Source of the DNA: Octopus sinensis
Lineage: Eukaryota
DNA: 64,000 bases
Assembly: GCF_006345805.1 (NCBI RefSeq)
Contig: NC_043014.1
Location: 49,848,001 to 49,912,000, forward strand
Reading direction: 5' to 3'
Below are positions 12,118-24,993 of the stretch, one piece after another; position 1 is the stretch's first letter, and each line of letters begins with the position of its first letter. The translations under genes and the position numbers were made by a program. Under the pieces are notes generated by a model. That model was not told the DNA's origin and did no database searches. It worked only from the letters and a program-made list of their open reading frames with translations.

Positions 12118-12546
12118 ACTCTTTTACTTGTTTTAGTCATTTGACTGTGGCCATGCTGGAACACCACCTTTAGTCGAGCAAATCGACCCCAGGACTTAGT
12201 CTTTGTAAGCCTAGTACTTATTCTGTCGGTCCCTTTTGCCAAACTGCTAAGTTACGGGGACCTAAACATACCAGCATCGGTTGTCAAGCAATGATGGGAG
12301 GAAAAAACACAGACACACAAACATATACACACACACGCGTATGGATAAGAATACATATATATACATATACATATATATGACGGGCTTCTTTCAGTTTCCT
12401 TCTACCAAATCCGCTCACAAGGCTTTGGTTGGCCCGAGGCTATATATAGTAGAAGACACTTGCTCAAGGTGCCACGCAGTGGGACTGAGCCTGGAACCAT
12501 GTGGTTCGTAAGCAAGCTATTTACCACACAGCTACTCCTACGCCTA
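12118..12546 (-). mobile_element. SINE family A
   Basis: Complete head, microsatellite and tail. Confidence 0.9.
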
Positions 12547-12852
12547 TATATATTCAAGTAAAGGTTATAAACCTCATTGAGGGATAATAAACCCAATTAA
12601 ATTACTTGTTAGTTACCAATCCATAGAAAGTTCAACTATAAAGCAACGATATAAACCATGGTTCATGTATTTATGTATCTAAAGAATAAGGAGAAAATGA
12701 AGAGGTAATTAATAAAATATTATTTATTAATTATAAAATATGACATTTTATTAATTATCTCTCCATTTTCTCCTTATTCTTTTGAGATAGATATATGATA
12801 TATAATATGTATATAATATATATTTTTATTATATCTTTATATTATATATATA

Positions 12853-12905
<53 letters not shown>

Positions 12906-13049
12906 ACACATATGCAATATATATATATATATACACACACACATATGCAATATATATATATATATATATATAATACACACACATAAGCAATATATATATA
13001 TTTATATACACACATATGCAAGATATATATATATAGCCACTACACACAT

Positions 13050-13213
13050 TTTTTTTTCTCCTTGTTTCTCTCCTTGTTTTCTCTGTGTCCCTTTCTGTAG
13101 AAGAGCGTAGGCTCGAAATGTTAAAGACTTTTTCTATTCCTGAGCATTATACTTATACATCTGTTTGTTTTGTACACCACCTGTCTTCGTCTTTTGTTTT
13201 TTTCATAAACTCT

Positions 13214-13219
<6 letters not shown>
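13050..13219 (+). mobile_element. Penelope-like terminal-repeat remnant (family P2) with hammerhead-like motif
   Basis: Homologous to 40701-40883. Contains ctgtagaa-gagc-gtag-gctc-gaaa. The Penelope assignment is inferred from motif type only. Confidence 0.55.
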
Positions 13220-13279
<60 letters not shown>

Positions 13280-13354
13280 GATATATAGCTGCTTGGTAAT
13301 CAATTTCCTATCTGCATAATTAGCAAGATGACATAACGCACCACCACATTAGAT

Positions 13355-13509
13355 CAGTGCTCTGCAATCTTTTATCGCTTGCGGTACACTTATGTTCTTA
13401 TCAAAATTCAGCAGCAGCACACCTGAAATACATCTAAAAGTATAAGGAGGAGAGATTACATTGTGGCACGCCTAGCATAGTGTCATGGCACATTGGTTGC
13501 AGAGTACTG
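13355..13509. mobile_element. Small hAT-type MITE
   Basis: Termini cagtgctctgcaatc and ggttgcagagtactg are inverted repeats. The TSD is degenerate. Confidence 0.6.
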
Positions 13510-13572
13510 CACTAGTGTGCCATATGTATATATAAATGCGCTAAATCATTTATATATACATAGATATATATA

Positions 13573-13788
13573 TTTGTTTCTTTACTACCCACAAGGGGCT
13601 AAACATAGAGGGGACAAACAAGGACAGACAAATGAATTAAGTTGATTACATCGACCCCAGTGCGTAACTGGTACTGACCTTGAAAGGATGAAAGGCAAAG
13701 TTGACCTCGGAGGAATTTGAACCCAGAATGTAACGGCAGACGAAATACCACCAAGCATTTGTGCTAACGTTTCTGCCAGCTCGCCGCC
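13573..13788 (-). mobile_element. SINE family B
   Basis: Matches the family B consensus, with two small deletions. Confidence 0.88.
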
Positions 13789-13875
13789 TTACATATATAT
13801 ATATATATATATTCTCTTACTGTTTTACTTGTTTCAGTCATTTGACTGTGGCCGTGCTGGAGCACCACCTTTAGT

Positions 13876-14116
13876 CGTGGCCGATGCCAGCGCCGCCTTG
13901 ACTGGCTTCTGTGCCGGTGGCACGTATAAAGTACCCACTACACTCACGGAATGGTTGGCGTTAGGAAGGGCATCCAGCTGTTGAAACACTGCCAGATCAG
14001 ACTGGAGCCTGGTGCAGCCCCCTGGCTTCCCAGATCCCGGCCGAACCATCCAACCCATGCTAGCACGGAAAACGGATGTTAAACGATGATGATGATGATC
14101 ATCATCATCATCATCA
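13876..14116 (+). mobile_element. Family C copy abutting a SINE A tail fragment (13812-13875)
   Basis: Core motif and (gat)n tail. Confidence 0.85.
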
Positions 14117-14508
14117 AATGTGTGTGCTTGCTCATTAGCTCGCACTCTCTATCAAATCAACTTTGTCTGTACAGGTACACTGTGTGCCACGTGTCAGGTG
14201 TCGAAGAGATTGCAGAGCAATGTGCAATGAAGAATTTTGCTCAAGAACGCAATGCACCACCCAGTCTAGGAATTGAAATATATTGGTACAAGGCCTGAAA
14301 TTTTATAGGAGTAGGCTAGTTGATTACATACACCTCCCTGTGCTCAACAGGTGCTTAATTCATCAACCTTGAAAGGACGAAAAGCAATCTCTGTTGAATT
14401 TGAACTCAGAACTTGAGACCGGAAGAAATGTCACTAAACATTTTGTCTGGTATGCTAATAATTCTGCCAACTAACAGCTTCATAATAAAATAATAATAAT
14501 AATAATAT

Positions 14509-14976
14509 ATCATGTACATTATTTTGTCTTGGTATAAAAGATGGCCTACAGCAAATATTCTGCTCGATACCACAGATTTGCTTGTCAGTTGTTTGACCTT
14601 AACCAGTTGACCATGTCCCTTAGTGGCTGATGATATGTGCATCTCTGATCATGAGCAGAAGTAGTAGGGCAGCATCATAGCCATGTGTTGAAAGGAATTC
14701 TTTAGGGTTTGAATAATTCACTTCTGGAAGCATGGGTGGTTCGTTCAACATCCTTAAACAACCCTTATTCAGGGACATTTTGAGCGGGATGGGCTACTTG
14801 AACAGAAGAAAATTCTAACTGGGCCCTGAGATCACCATGTCGTGCACATATGGTTGTGATGCATGTGCCTAGTGTGCCCATATCAGACGGGGAGTCATGA
14901 TGGGTATACTGGGCTTCGTATATTTTACCGCAGTGTCACTTTGATGGCATGCACTGCTCTCTCACTCAATAATAAT
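14509..14976. repeat. Interspersed repeat family J (partial)
   Basis: Colinear and highly similar to 52737-53247. Class unknown. Confidence 0.85.
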
Positions 14977-15285
14977 CCTTTCTACTGTAGGCACAAAGCC
15001 TGAAATTTTTGGGGAGGGAACTAGTCGATTATGTTGAACCCAGGTTTTCACTTAATTTATCAACCCTGAAAGGATGAAAGCCAAAACCGACCTTGGCAGA
15101 ATTTGAACTCAGAACATATGGCAGCCGACAAAATACTGCTAAGCATTTTGCCTGGCGTGCTAACAACTCTGATGACTCGCTGTCCACTGGGGGTTTCTAT
15201 AAAAAATTGGGAACAGCACAGGACAACACAAAAGGAATGGGATTTAATTGTGTTAAAAAAGGTAATAACAAAAAATTATAACAAA

Positions 15286-15707
15286 TAGGCGCAGGAGTGG
15301 CTGTGTGGTAAGTAGCTTGCTTACCAACCACATAGTTCCGGGTTCAGTCCCACAGCGTGGCACCTTGGGAAAGTGTCTTCTACTATAGCCTCGGGCCGAC
15401 CAAAGCCTTGTGAGTGGATTTGGTACATGGAAACTGAAAGAAGCCCGTCGTATATATATATATATATATATGTATGTATATATATATGTGTGTGTGTGTG
15501 TTTGTGTGTCTATGTTTGTCCCCCCAACATCTCTTGACAACCGATGCTGGTATGTTTACGTCCCCGTTACTTAGCGGTTCGGCAAAAGAGACCGATACAA
15601 TAAGTACTAGGCTTACAAAGAATAAGTCCTGGGGTCGATTTGCTTGACTAAAAGGCGGTGCTCCAGCGTAGCCGCAGTCAAATGACTGAAACAAGTAAAA
15701 GAGTAAA
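15286..15707 (+). mobile_element. SINE family A
   Basis: Complete copy starting taggcgcaggagtggctg. Confidence 0.9.
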
Positions 15708-15899
15708 TAGAACCCCAAAAGAGGAAGGCATCCAAGGGCCACTCGTGGAAACCCCACAAAAACCACAATCACCCTGATCTCTAGCGCAAGTGCTCTCTCC
15801 ACTTCATTCACCCTCGATCTACAGGCGCATGCTAAGAGTAGGCCTGTTCACTCTGGCCAAGCACTTCCCTCTCTGCCCTCACTTTCCTTGAAAAGTTAG

Positions 15900-16245
15900 C
15901 AAATTCTTTTTATTTACCACATTAGCAGATGTAGAGGGGTCGAGGGAGCATTACAAGGACAGTTTGCAGTTTGTGTGTGGCTAATAGTAATTATAAAGGG
16001 GCTCTCTGCTCCATTTTTGACCAGGCTCCCGTGGCTTTTGTGGGTTTTTCCACAAGTAACCTTTTTGAAGCGCCTTCCCTATTGGGAGTTTTAAATTGTT
16101 ACTTATTTTCGTTTGTTAACCTGTTTTTTTACACGGACCTTTTTTTACAAACGGACAAAACCCCTTTGTAACCTTTCGTCCCTGTTTTGTCCCTTAATGT
16201 TTTAAATCAGTTTTTGTCAGCTCTTGTGGCCAATAAAACGATTTA

Positions 16246-16283
<38 letters not shown>
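15900..16283 (+). mobile_element. Possible LINE (L1/Tx1-like) 3' end
   Basis: T-rich 3' UTR-like segment ending caataaaacg followed by a (TAT)n tail. Protein similarity is weak and unverified. Confidence 0.35.
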
Positions 16284-17024
16284 GATTGGTGAAGATAAAA
16301 ATAATTTATTAAAAAACAAACCCAGCATTTTTATTGCTTTAGAAATTATGTCAGGAAGTGGCTTTAATCGCTAATCTACTAACTTTTGTTTACATCTATG
16401 TGTGTGTGTGTGTGTGTTGACTTGTCAAATGCAATTTGTGACCTCGATAATTTTAGGGAGGAGAAATGAGTATGAAGCGGTGGGACGGGGATGGGACGTC
16501 ATTGACTAAATGCCATGTTGGAGTACAGACTTATTTATTTATTTATTTATTGCCGTTTCCACACCGCCGCCATCATCATCATCATCATCATCATCGTTAC
16601 ACATATCACACTCACTGAGGGTGGATTTCTGTATGCCATATATATATAGGCGCAGAAGTGGCTGTGTGGTAAGTAGCTTGCTTACCAACCACATGGTTCC
16701 GGGTTCAGTCCCACTGCGTGGCACCTTGGGCAAGTGTCTTCTACTATAGCCTCGGACCGACCAATGCCTTGTGAGTGAATTTGGTAGACGGAAACTGAAA
16801 GAAGCCTGTCGTATATATATATATATATTTGTTTCAGTTATATGACTGCAGCCGTGCAGGAGCACCGCCTTTAGTCAAACAAATCGACCCCAAGACGTAT
16901 TCTTTGTAAACTTAGTACTTATTCTATTGATGTGTTTTGCTGAACCGCTACATTACAGGGACGGAAACACCAACATCGGTCGTCAAGCGATGGTAGATAG
17001 GTGGGGTGCAATCACAGACAAACG

Positions 17025-17086
<62 letters not shown>

Positions 17087-17220
17087 TATATATATGACCG
17101 GCTTCTTTCAGTTTCCATCTCCCAAATCCACTCACAAGCAGAAGACACTTGCCCAAGTGGGACTGATCCGGAACCATGTGATTGGGAAGCAGTCTTCTTA
17201 CCACACAGCCACGCCTGCAC

Positions 17221-17265
<45 letters not shown>

Positions 17266-17502
17266 GTAGTCTATTCTTAGCTACAGTAGCGACAACATGA
17301 ATTTCTTCCATCTTCTTGCTCTGTCAAAACATTTGAGAAAAATCGTATTAATGTGTCCAACTGGTTAAAATTCTATTTAATTGCGCAGCTGATGATGGCA
17401 CTACATTCAAATTGATGTAATGATTGCATTGTTCAGTTAAATGAAGCCGCTTGAAACGACCGTAGTGCATCACTACTTGATATCCTGTTGCTTATTTTGA
17501 AT

Positions 17503-17810
17503 ATGTGAAGGCGCATGGCTCAGTGGTTAGAGGTTGTGAGTTCGAATCCCGAACTGGGTTGCATGTTGTGTTCTTGAGCAAGACACTTTATTTCACGTTG
17601 CTCCAGCTCATTCGGCTGTAGAAATGAGTTGCAACATCACTGGTGCCAAGCTGTATCGGCCCCTTTGCCTTTCCCTTGGCGTGGAGAGGGGAGGCTGGTA
17701 TGCATGGGCGACTACTGGTCTTCCATAAACATCTTTGCCCAGACTTGTACCTGGGAGGTAACTTTCTAGGTGCAATCCCATGGTCATTCATGACCGAAGG
17801 TGTCTCTCAT
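17503..17810 (+). mobile_element. tRNA-derived SINE family E
   Basis: Head atgtgaaggcgcatggctcagtggttag with internal deletion, then the cttgagcaagacactttatttcacgttgctccag domain shared with 30877. Confidence 0.8.
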
Positions 17811-17840
17811 TTTGAACATATATATATATATAATATATAT

Positions 17841-17936
17841 AGTTAATCCAAACAAGAAAACACAAAAAAAAAAACACACCAACGCGAGGACGTGGAACAA
17901 ATAAAGTATTATTGGACGCTCAGGAAAGAAGGGAAG
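17841..17936 (-). mobile_element. Penelope-like terminal-repeat remnant (family P1), truncated
   Basis: Reverse complement of part of 37090-37180. Confidence 0.6.
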
Positions 17937-18719
17937 ATATATATATTTCCACCTCAGCATCTGAAACTCGGAGTTTTATCATGGCTACCGAATAATTGTC
18001 ACATATTACATTTACAGATATATATGTGTGTATATACATATATAGTCGGTGTGAGGAACAGAAACAGACTTCAGAGTAATGACGGAGTGGATTTCGACTG
18101 CTTTTGTTTCCATTGCGTGCGTGTGTGTGTGTGTGTGTGTGCATACATGCATATATGTGTATACGTAATATATATAGCAATGTGTTAAAGTGGTAATCGT
18201 TCTCTGTCTATATATCCCTTATTCTTTCTTTCTCTCTCTCTCTCTCTCTCTCTCTGTGTCTTTCTCTCTCACCCTCCCTTTTGTTGATCTCACTTTGTGC
18301 CGTTATTCAGTTGTTCCCCCTCCCCCTCATACATACACGCTTTCCCGCCTCCCTCTCTCCCTCCCTCGCTTTACTTTTCTTTTCGATAGATTGTTTTTCT
18401 TTTTTTACCTCCTCCTCCTTCGTGGTTGCTGTTGTTATTGCTGCTGCTGCTGTTGTTTTTGTTGTTGTTGTTGTTGTTACTGCTGTTGTTGTTTTTCCAC
18501 AATCTCTTCCCAGTATTTCGTGTCTTGCAACAGACACCGCACTGTTGCAAAATCAACAGCAGCAGCAGCAGCAGCACCACTAGTAGCAGCAGCAGTACTA
18601 GTAGTAGTACTAGTCGTAGTAGTAGCAGTAGTAGTAGTAGTAGGTCTTGCCCTAATTGCTGATGTTCCGACTGTAGCATTTTATTAAACAGCAGCACAAG
18701 GACGTGGTTGTTCAGCTCC

Positions 18720-20930
18720 CAAGATCGGCCCCCGAACGAGCAGACCCCGATCTATGATCAACGCTGTTCCAAACATGACCAACCAGTTGATTTCATTATA
18801 TATATATATTTTTTTTCCCTTTCATTTTGCAACTACGTTATCCAACCGTAGCCTTCCATTTCTAAGGTAGTAAGATGTAATTCGAAGGGATATTTGGCTT
18901 CTATTTCTAGCCGGACCCCGATCTATGATCAACGCCGTTCCAGACATGACCAACCAGTTGATTTCATTATATATATATTTTCCCCCCTTTCATTTTGCAA
19001 CTACGTTATCTATCCAACGTAGCCTTCCATTTCTAAGGTAGTAAGATGTAATTCGAAGGGGTATGTGGCTTCTATTTCTAGCCGGTTTGAACGAACGAAC
19101 GATTGACAACTCAGATACCCCCTTTTTGGTTTGTTATGGAATTGTTGTTTAGCCCCAGGTTGCCCCTACTTAAGCAAACCTATGATCAAAGAGACTCCAG
19201 CTGTGACCTTTCCATCTTGCTTTCAGAGACGACATTAACATGGAATGTCCTTCATTTTTTCAAGGCGACAGGTGATAATTTGAGAGCGATTTGACTGTCA
19301 TTTCTAACAGCTCGAACGACCTCGTAAAGGCTCCTTCGTTCACTTGTGAGGGCGGTGGCAGTTGTTGTTGTTATTGTCATTTAACCCCAGGTCGGGCCTG
19401 GTCGAGATGACCCATGATCAAAGATTCCAGCTGTGACCATCCATTTTTTTTTCTATGAGCAGGGTACTTTTTTCTGATAAAGCAGCGGTGGCCGGGGATG
19501 CTGTGATTCAAGGGATATTTGACTATTATTTCTAACGGGTAGAGTGACCACATAGAAGCCCTCGTTTGTTTCATGAGGAAAATGTGGGCGGTGGAGGTGG
19601 TGGTGGTGGTGGTGTTCTGTATTCCTCCTGATCCGTCAGACACATGACATGGAGCTAGCTAACTGGTCACTTGATTGCCTACTCATGACCCCCAGAGGTC
19701 AAGTGACCGAACACCCTTCCCCTACACCACCACACCCCTTTAATACCATGGTCAATTTGTTTCGAGACCGACTTGTGTAACAGAATTATATACTAAGATG
19801 TGACTTTCGAGGTTGTAAAAAAACCCAGGTCAGCTCGCACCCAGCAGACTTTACAGTTCACCAGCGCTCCAGCCGTGACTATCTCATCATTTGTATATCA
19901 AGAATTTAAATTTCGAATTATATTCTTGTCAAAACGATAGGGTTTGATATGGTGAAAATGTGGCTGTTATTTCCAGCGTTATGTTGTTGTTGGTGGTGGT
20001 GGTTAATTCCAACTTAACCATAATCGAGCTGGTTTATGATCAAAGTCGTTCCAGCCGTGACCATTCGCCGTTATTTAATTATTTTTTATTTGATTTTTTT
20101 TTAAATACTATATCTAAGATGGTAGGGTGCGTGATTTGAGAGTGATTTTGGCTGCTATTTCTAACATCGCGGAGCAATTAACGTAGAAGGTTGTCATTAG
20201 GGGCAGCGGCGGCGGCGATGTTAATGGTTATTTGGAAGTGTGACGGATGTAGTATTGCGGGTGGTGATCTGAATAGAAATGTAGTAATGGTAGTAGTAAT
20301 AGTAGTAGTAGTAGTAGTAGAAGCAATTGTAATAGTGGTGGTGGTCACAGTGTTGGCGGTGGTGTCGGTGGCTGTTGGGGAGATAACGATGAAAGGTTCG
20401 TGGTGAGGGCGGCGGCGGCGATGGTAGTGGTGGTGGTAGTTGTGGTGGTGGTGGTGGCGGCGTACACAGCAATGATAAGTACACATGTACTAGTAATTCC
20501 GGTGTCAATGTTGATATTTTAACCCCGAGGCAAAACCTGTTCGAGAAGACATGATCAAGAAAAACAAAAAAAACAAAACATTCCAGATGTGATAACTTCA
20601 CCTTAATATGATACAGAATATCCCTGACTGGATGCTCCAATATATATATATATATATATACATTCACACACACACAATCATATATATTTATATACACACT
20701 CACACACACATAGTGAGAGATTGGACTTGATCACAGACGTTACCGGCATGGCCATCTCGTCTTATTTCTTTTTGGTAGGGGTGGTGGGGTGGGTACCTAG
20801 GGGTACATTATCTAATAATAATGATGATTGATGATGATGTATTCTCTTTCTTATGATGCTTGCGTGTGATGAAGATTCAGTGTAGGATTTGGGCGTTATT
20901 TCTAGCAGGTCGTCCAGACCTCATGCAATG
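18720..20930. repeat. Cluster of at least 7 same-orientation degenerate copies of repeat family H
   Basis: accccagg...tatgatcaaag...ccagccgtgacc...gctgctatttctagc recurs near 18720, 18915, 19150, 19380, 19820, 20020 and 20520. 18745-19085 is a ~170-bp tandem duplication. Confidence 0.8.
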
Positions 20931-20965
20931 CATATGCAGATATACACACACATATATATACATAC

Positions 20966-20997
<32 letters not shown>

Positions 20998-22450
20998 GTA
21001 TATATATGTATGTATGTATATGTATATATATTTATGTATGTATATGTATATATATATATATGTATATATATATGTATGTATATATATATGTGTGTGTGTA
21101 TATATATATATGCGTAGACACGTCTTTATACAGGCCAGCTACCAAGTTAAAACCTGGCACCAACTAAATAGGCGGACATGCAGAGAAAGAGAGAGAGAGA
21201 ACCATGCAAGCACCGTATTTTTTTTACTACCATCACCACCACCACCACCATCACTACTACAACTACCACTACATCCACAACAACAACAACCACCACCACT
21301 ACTACTAGTACTCGTACTACAACAACAACAGCAACAACAAACAATCCTTTTCTGCTAGTTGCACCACGACTGCTGCTGCTACTATTACTATTACAAAAAA
21401 AAAACAAAACCCCGCTACTATTACTACTGCTACTACTACTAACTACCACTAACTATTACTACTACTACTACCACTACTACTACTATTACTATTACCGTTA
21501 CCATTTCTCCTCCCCTCCCCTTCCTCCTACTCCCCTTACATTCTACAATGGTGGCGGCAGACCTTTTACCAATCTGCTAAAATAACTAGAGAAAGAATTG
21601 AATATTCTATTTATAGAACATTGAAAACGGTGATTTTTGTTTTTATTTAGTTTTTAGTTTTTTGTTTTTCTTTAACAAATCCCACAGCTGAAGAAAAACA
21701 ACAACAACAACAGTAATAATAATTATAAATAATAATAATTATGGTGATGATGTGAAGGTGCGTGGAGGGCGAGGTGATGAGGAAGAAGAACAAAGTAACG
21801 GAGCTGCAATCGTTTTAGTAGTGAGACTGAGTAAAAAATAAAAGCATGTCTGGGCTTCAAGTAGTGTTTGTGTGTGTTTGTATGTGTTTGTAGTGGTTTG
21901 GTTCTGACGGTTGAGTCTCTCCGGCGCTACTCTGAGTTTTGGGTTAATTGTGGTTAATTGTGACAAATCCCTGAAGACCCTCTTAATATGTATGTATGTA
22001 TGTATGGCAAGGACTTTCTCAGTAAAGTAGGTAGCTAAAGGGTTTCAGGGTTTTCAGTCATCGGTTTTTGAAAAGAATAAACACTTTACTTATTATGTAT
22101 GGAGTTAACTCGGATCTTCACTCACACTCACACTCTTTTATACGAATGTGAGTGGGAGTGATGAGTGAAGGTGGCTGGTCGTTTCGTTTCATGCTGGTAT
22201 GAAAATGTAAATAATTGAGTCACAACGAAAATATGCAACACTCAATACTATGAGTTAGACTGCAACAATAACGATGTTATTTATTGAAGACTGTCTTCTT
22301 GAGTGGTTCCTCAGAGTATCTCATTCCTGGACATCGAGTGATACTATAATATATATATATAGGGTGAAATTAATTAATTTGGAATAATCATTGATTTCAC
22401 CAAGTAGATTTCGGCATGTAAAAGCCCCCATTCAAGAAAGGTTTAAATAA

Positions 22451-22615
22451 TACTAAGTAATTAAGGGTTTAGCAACGATTTGTTTGCCTTTTTAAGTGCT
22501 GTGGTTTTACTGGGATCTCCCTTTTAAGTAGAAAGAATAAGCCATAACTCTTTGACTGCTATTTCTAAATTCGGTGTGTGGTGAGGCAAATCGTTGCTAA
22601 ACCCTTAATTACTTA

Positions 22616-22618
<3 letters not shown>
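22451..22618. mobile_element. TA-flanked MITE-like element with perfect 32-bp inverted termini
   Basis: tactaagtaattaagggtttagcaacgatttg (22451-22482) and its exact reverse complement (22587-22618). Confidence 0.75.
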
Positions 22619-22650
<32 letters not shown>

Positions 22651-22809
22651 GGGAAGAAATGGAGCTGAACGAAGATTTTGCACTAAGGCACGGTTGCGAT
22701 ACCCTATGGTCGTAACCTCAACCGTGATTTTTCTGTTGTGATTTTTGCTACCCAGGTATCGGTTATAATTTGAATAATCCGTAACAAGATAATTCATTTA
22801 TCCATTTCA

Positions 22810-22866
<57 letters not shown>

Positions 22867-22897
22867 TTAGTGTATGTATGCATGCGCACACACACAC

Positions 22898-22961
<64 letters not shown>

Positions 22962-22974
22962 GGACAGATAAGTT

Positions 22975-23005
<31 letters not shown>

Positions 23006-23214
23006 GGATAGATAAGGTTGATAGGTAGGTAGAATGTTGTGTCTGTGCATGCACTGCATTTCATTAAAGCAAATATTGGAATGACTACTGATTCTGTGCA
23101 GAGTCGTGCCAAACCAGGTCGTTCACATTGTGTAACAGGTTGACAAGATATTAAATAACACCCAGCACTGTATATACTTGACATACACTGGAGTTAGAGG
23201 GTGTAACAGGTGTT

Positions 23215-23288
23215 AAATCTATTTATCTATCTATCGATATCTATCTAGCTTTGTATATACCTGTTTATCTAACTATCTATCGATATCC

Positions 23289-23344
<56 letters not shown>

Positions 23345-23603
23345 GTCTATCTAGCCTTATATATATACCTGTTTATCTATCGATATCTATCTAGCTAGCT
23401 TTATATATACCTGTCTATCGATATCTATCTATCTATCTATCTGTCTGTCTGTCTATCTAGCTTTATATATACTTGTTTATCGATATCTATCTGTCTATGT
23501 ATCTGTATATCTATCTATCTAGTTTTATATATACCTATTTATCTAACTATCTATCTCTATATCTATATCGCTTTATATATACCTGTTTATCTAACTATAA
23601 CAA

Positions 23604-23639
<36 letters not shown>

Positions 23640-23651
23640 ATCTATCTATCT

Positions 23652-23682
<31 letters not shown>

Positions 23683-23941
23683 GTCTATCTAGCCTTATAT
23701 ATATACCTGTTTATCTATCGATATCTATCTAGCTAGCTTTATATATACCTGTCTATCGATATCTATCTATCTATCTATCTGTCTGTCTGTCTATCTAGCT
23801 TTATATATACTTGTTTATCGATATCTATCTGTCTATGTATCTGTATATCTATCTATCTAGTTTTATATATACCTATTTATCTAACTATCTATCTCTATAT
23901 CTATATCGCTTTATATATACCTGTTTATCTAACTATAACAA

Positions 23942-24000
<59 letters not shown>

Positions 24001-24005
24001 ATCTA
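23215..24005. repeat. (TCTA)n-based complex satellite containing a 338-bp tandem duplication
   Basis: atctgtctatctagcctt at 23341 and 23679. Track ORFs at 23473 and 23811 start identically. Confidence 0.92.
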
Positions 24006-24334
24006 TCAGACAGCTGTCTGTCTGTCTATCCATATATACATACATACACACACGTCTGTGTAAACTGAGAGGTTATACACTTTAAGTACACCAAAGGAGA
24101 ACTAAATCTTATCAGGATCTTTGGTCACAGCTCTTCATTTGGTTGATGTCACTGCACTAGTTAGTGCATTAATAGATATGTGAATAGTGCACAGGTGTGT
24201 GTCACAGTGTCATTGTAGTGAACAGGTTATTAGATGTTATACATCACTGGCCACAATGCGCTTCACATTGTTTTAGCCTTCAAATGATGCCACCCCTATT
24301 GGCTATATATAATCATCATCTTCACTCCTGCCCC

Positions 24335-24615
24335 AGAGCGTGGGCTGCGGGGTCACTCCGAAAAGCTCTATCTACGACGATTTCATTTCAATCGAAGGAG
24401 AGGGGCTTTCTCCGTCCAGGTTACGGATCCATGGAATAAGATGCCGGACGGATGAGATAGTGAAGATGCCGACGACCGCTCGGTTCAAAGTCTCTCTTGA
24501 CCGGAAATGGCCTGAACTCTTTGTATGACCATTTCCCTGTACTTAACTCCCTGTCCCCCTACATGGCCTTGCTTTTGCTTTTTGAGCCAATAAAAATTGA
24601 ATTAAATTAAATTAA
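24335..24615 (+). mobile_element. CR1/L2-group LINE 3' end
   Basis: GLRGHSEKLYLRRFHFNRRRGAFSVQVTDPWNKMP...KMPTTARFKVSLDRKWPELFV* across a frameshift, then an (AATTA)n tail. Confidence 0.85.
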
Positions 24616-24993
24616 ATCATTGTTTAATATCCACTCTCCATGCTGGGCATAGGTTGGATGGTTTGATATTGGAGCTGGTTAGCAGGGAGCTGCCCAGACA
24701 CCAACTGTCTGTTTTGGCATGGTTTCTATGGCTAGATGCCCTTCCTAATGCCAATCGCTTAACAGTGTGTGCTGAGTGCTTTTTAAGTGGCACCGGTACC
24801 TGACAGGAGAAGCCTGTGTGTGTGGAACACAGCAATTTTACTTAGCTTTACATGTCTTATCAACCACAGCAAATCACCACATCTCCTGGCCCCTTGTCAC
24901 TTCCTCAGTGCGGCTATATATATGTCTATTTGATTGATTGATTCTAGTTTCAGCTCACGAGCTGTGGCCATGCTGTTCTTTTTTTCTTTCTAT

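Noticed and set aside
18190-18697. Poly-Q/poly-L/poly-C ORFs on both strands
   Set aside because: Products of CT, GTT and CAG microsatellites with no recognisable domain or exon borders.
20178-21585. Poly-H/T/V/Y ORFs
   Set aside because: Trinucleotide and (TA)n tracts only.
21640-21720. Strong-looking 3' splice site (long T tract then cccacag at ~21687)
   Set aside because: Followed by low-complexity sequence with no recognisable reading frame or donor; not supportable without RNA data.
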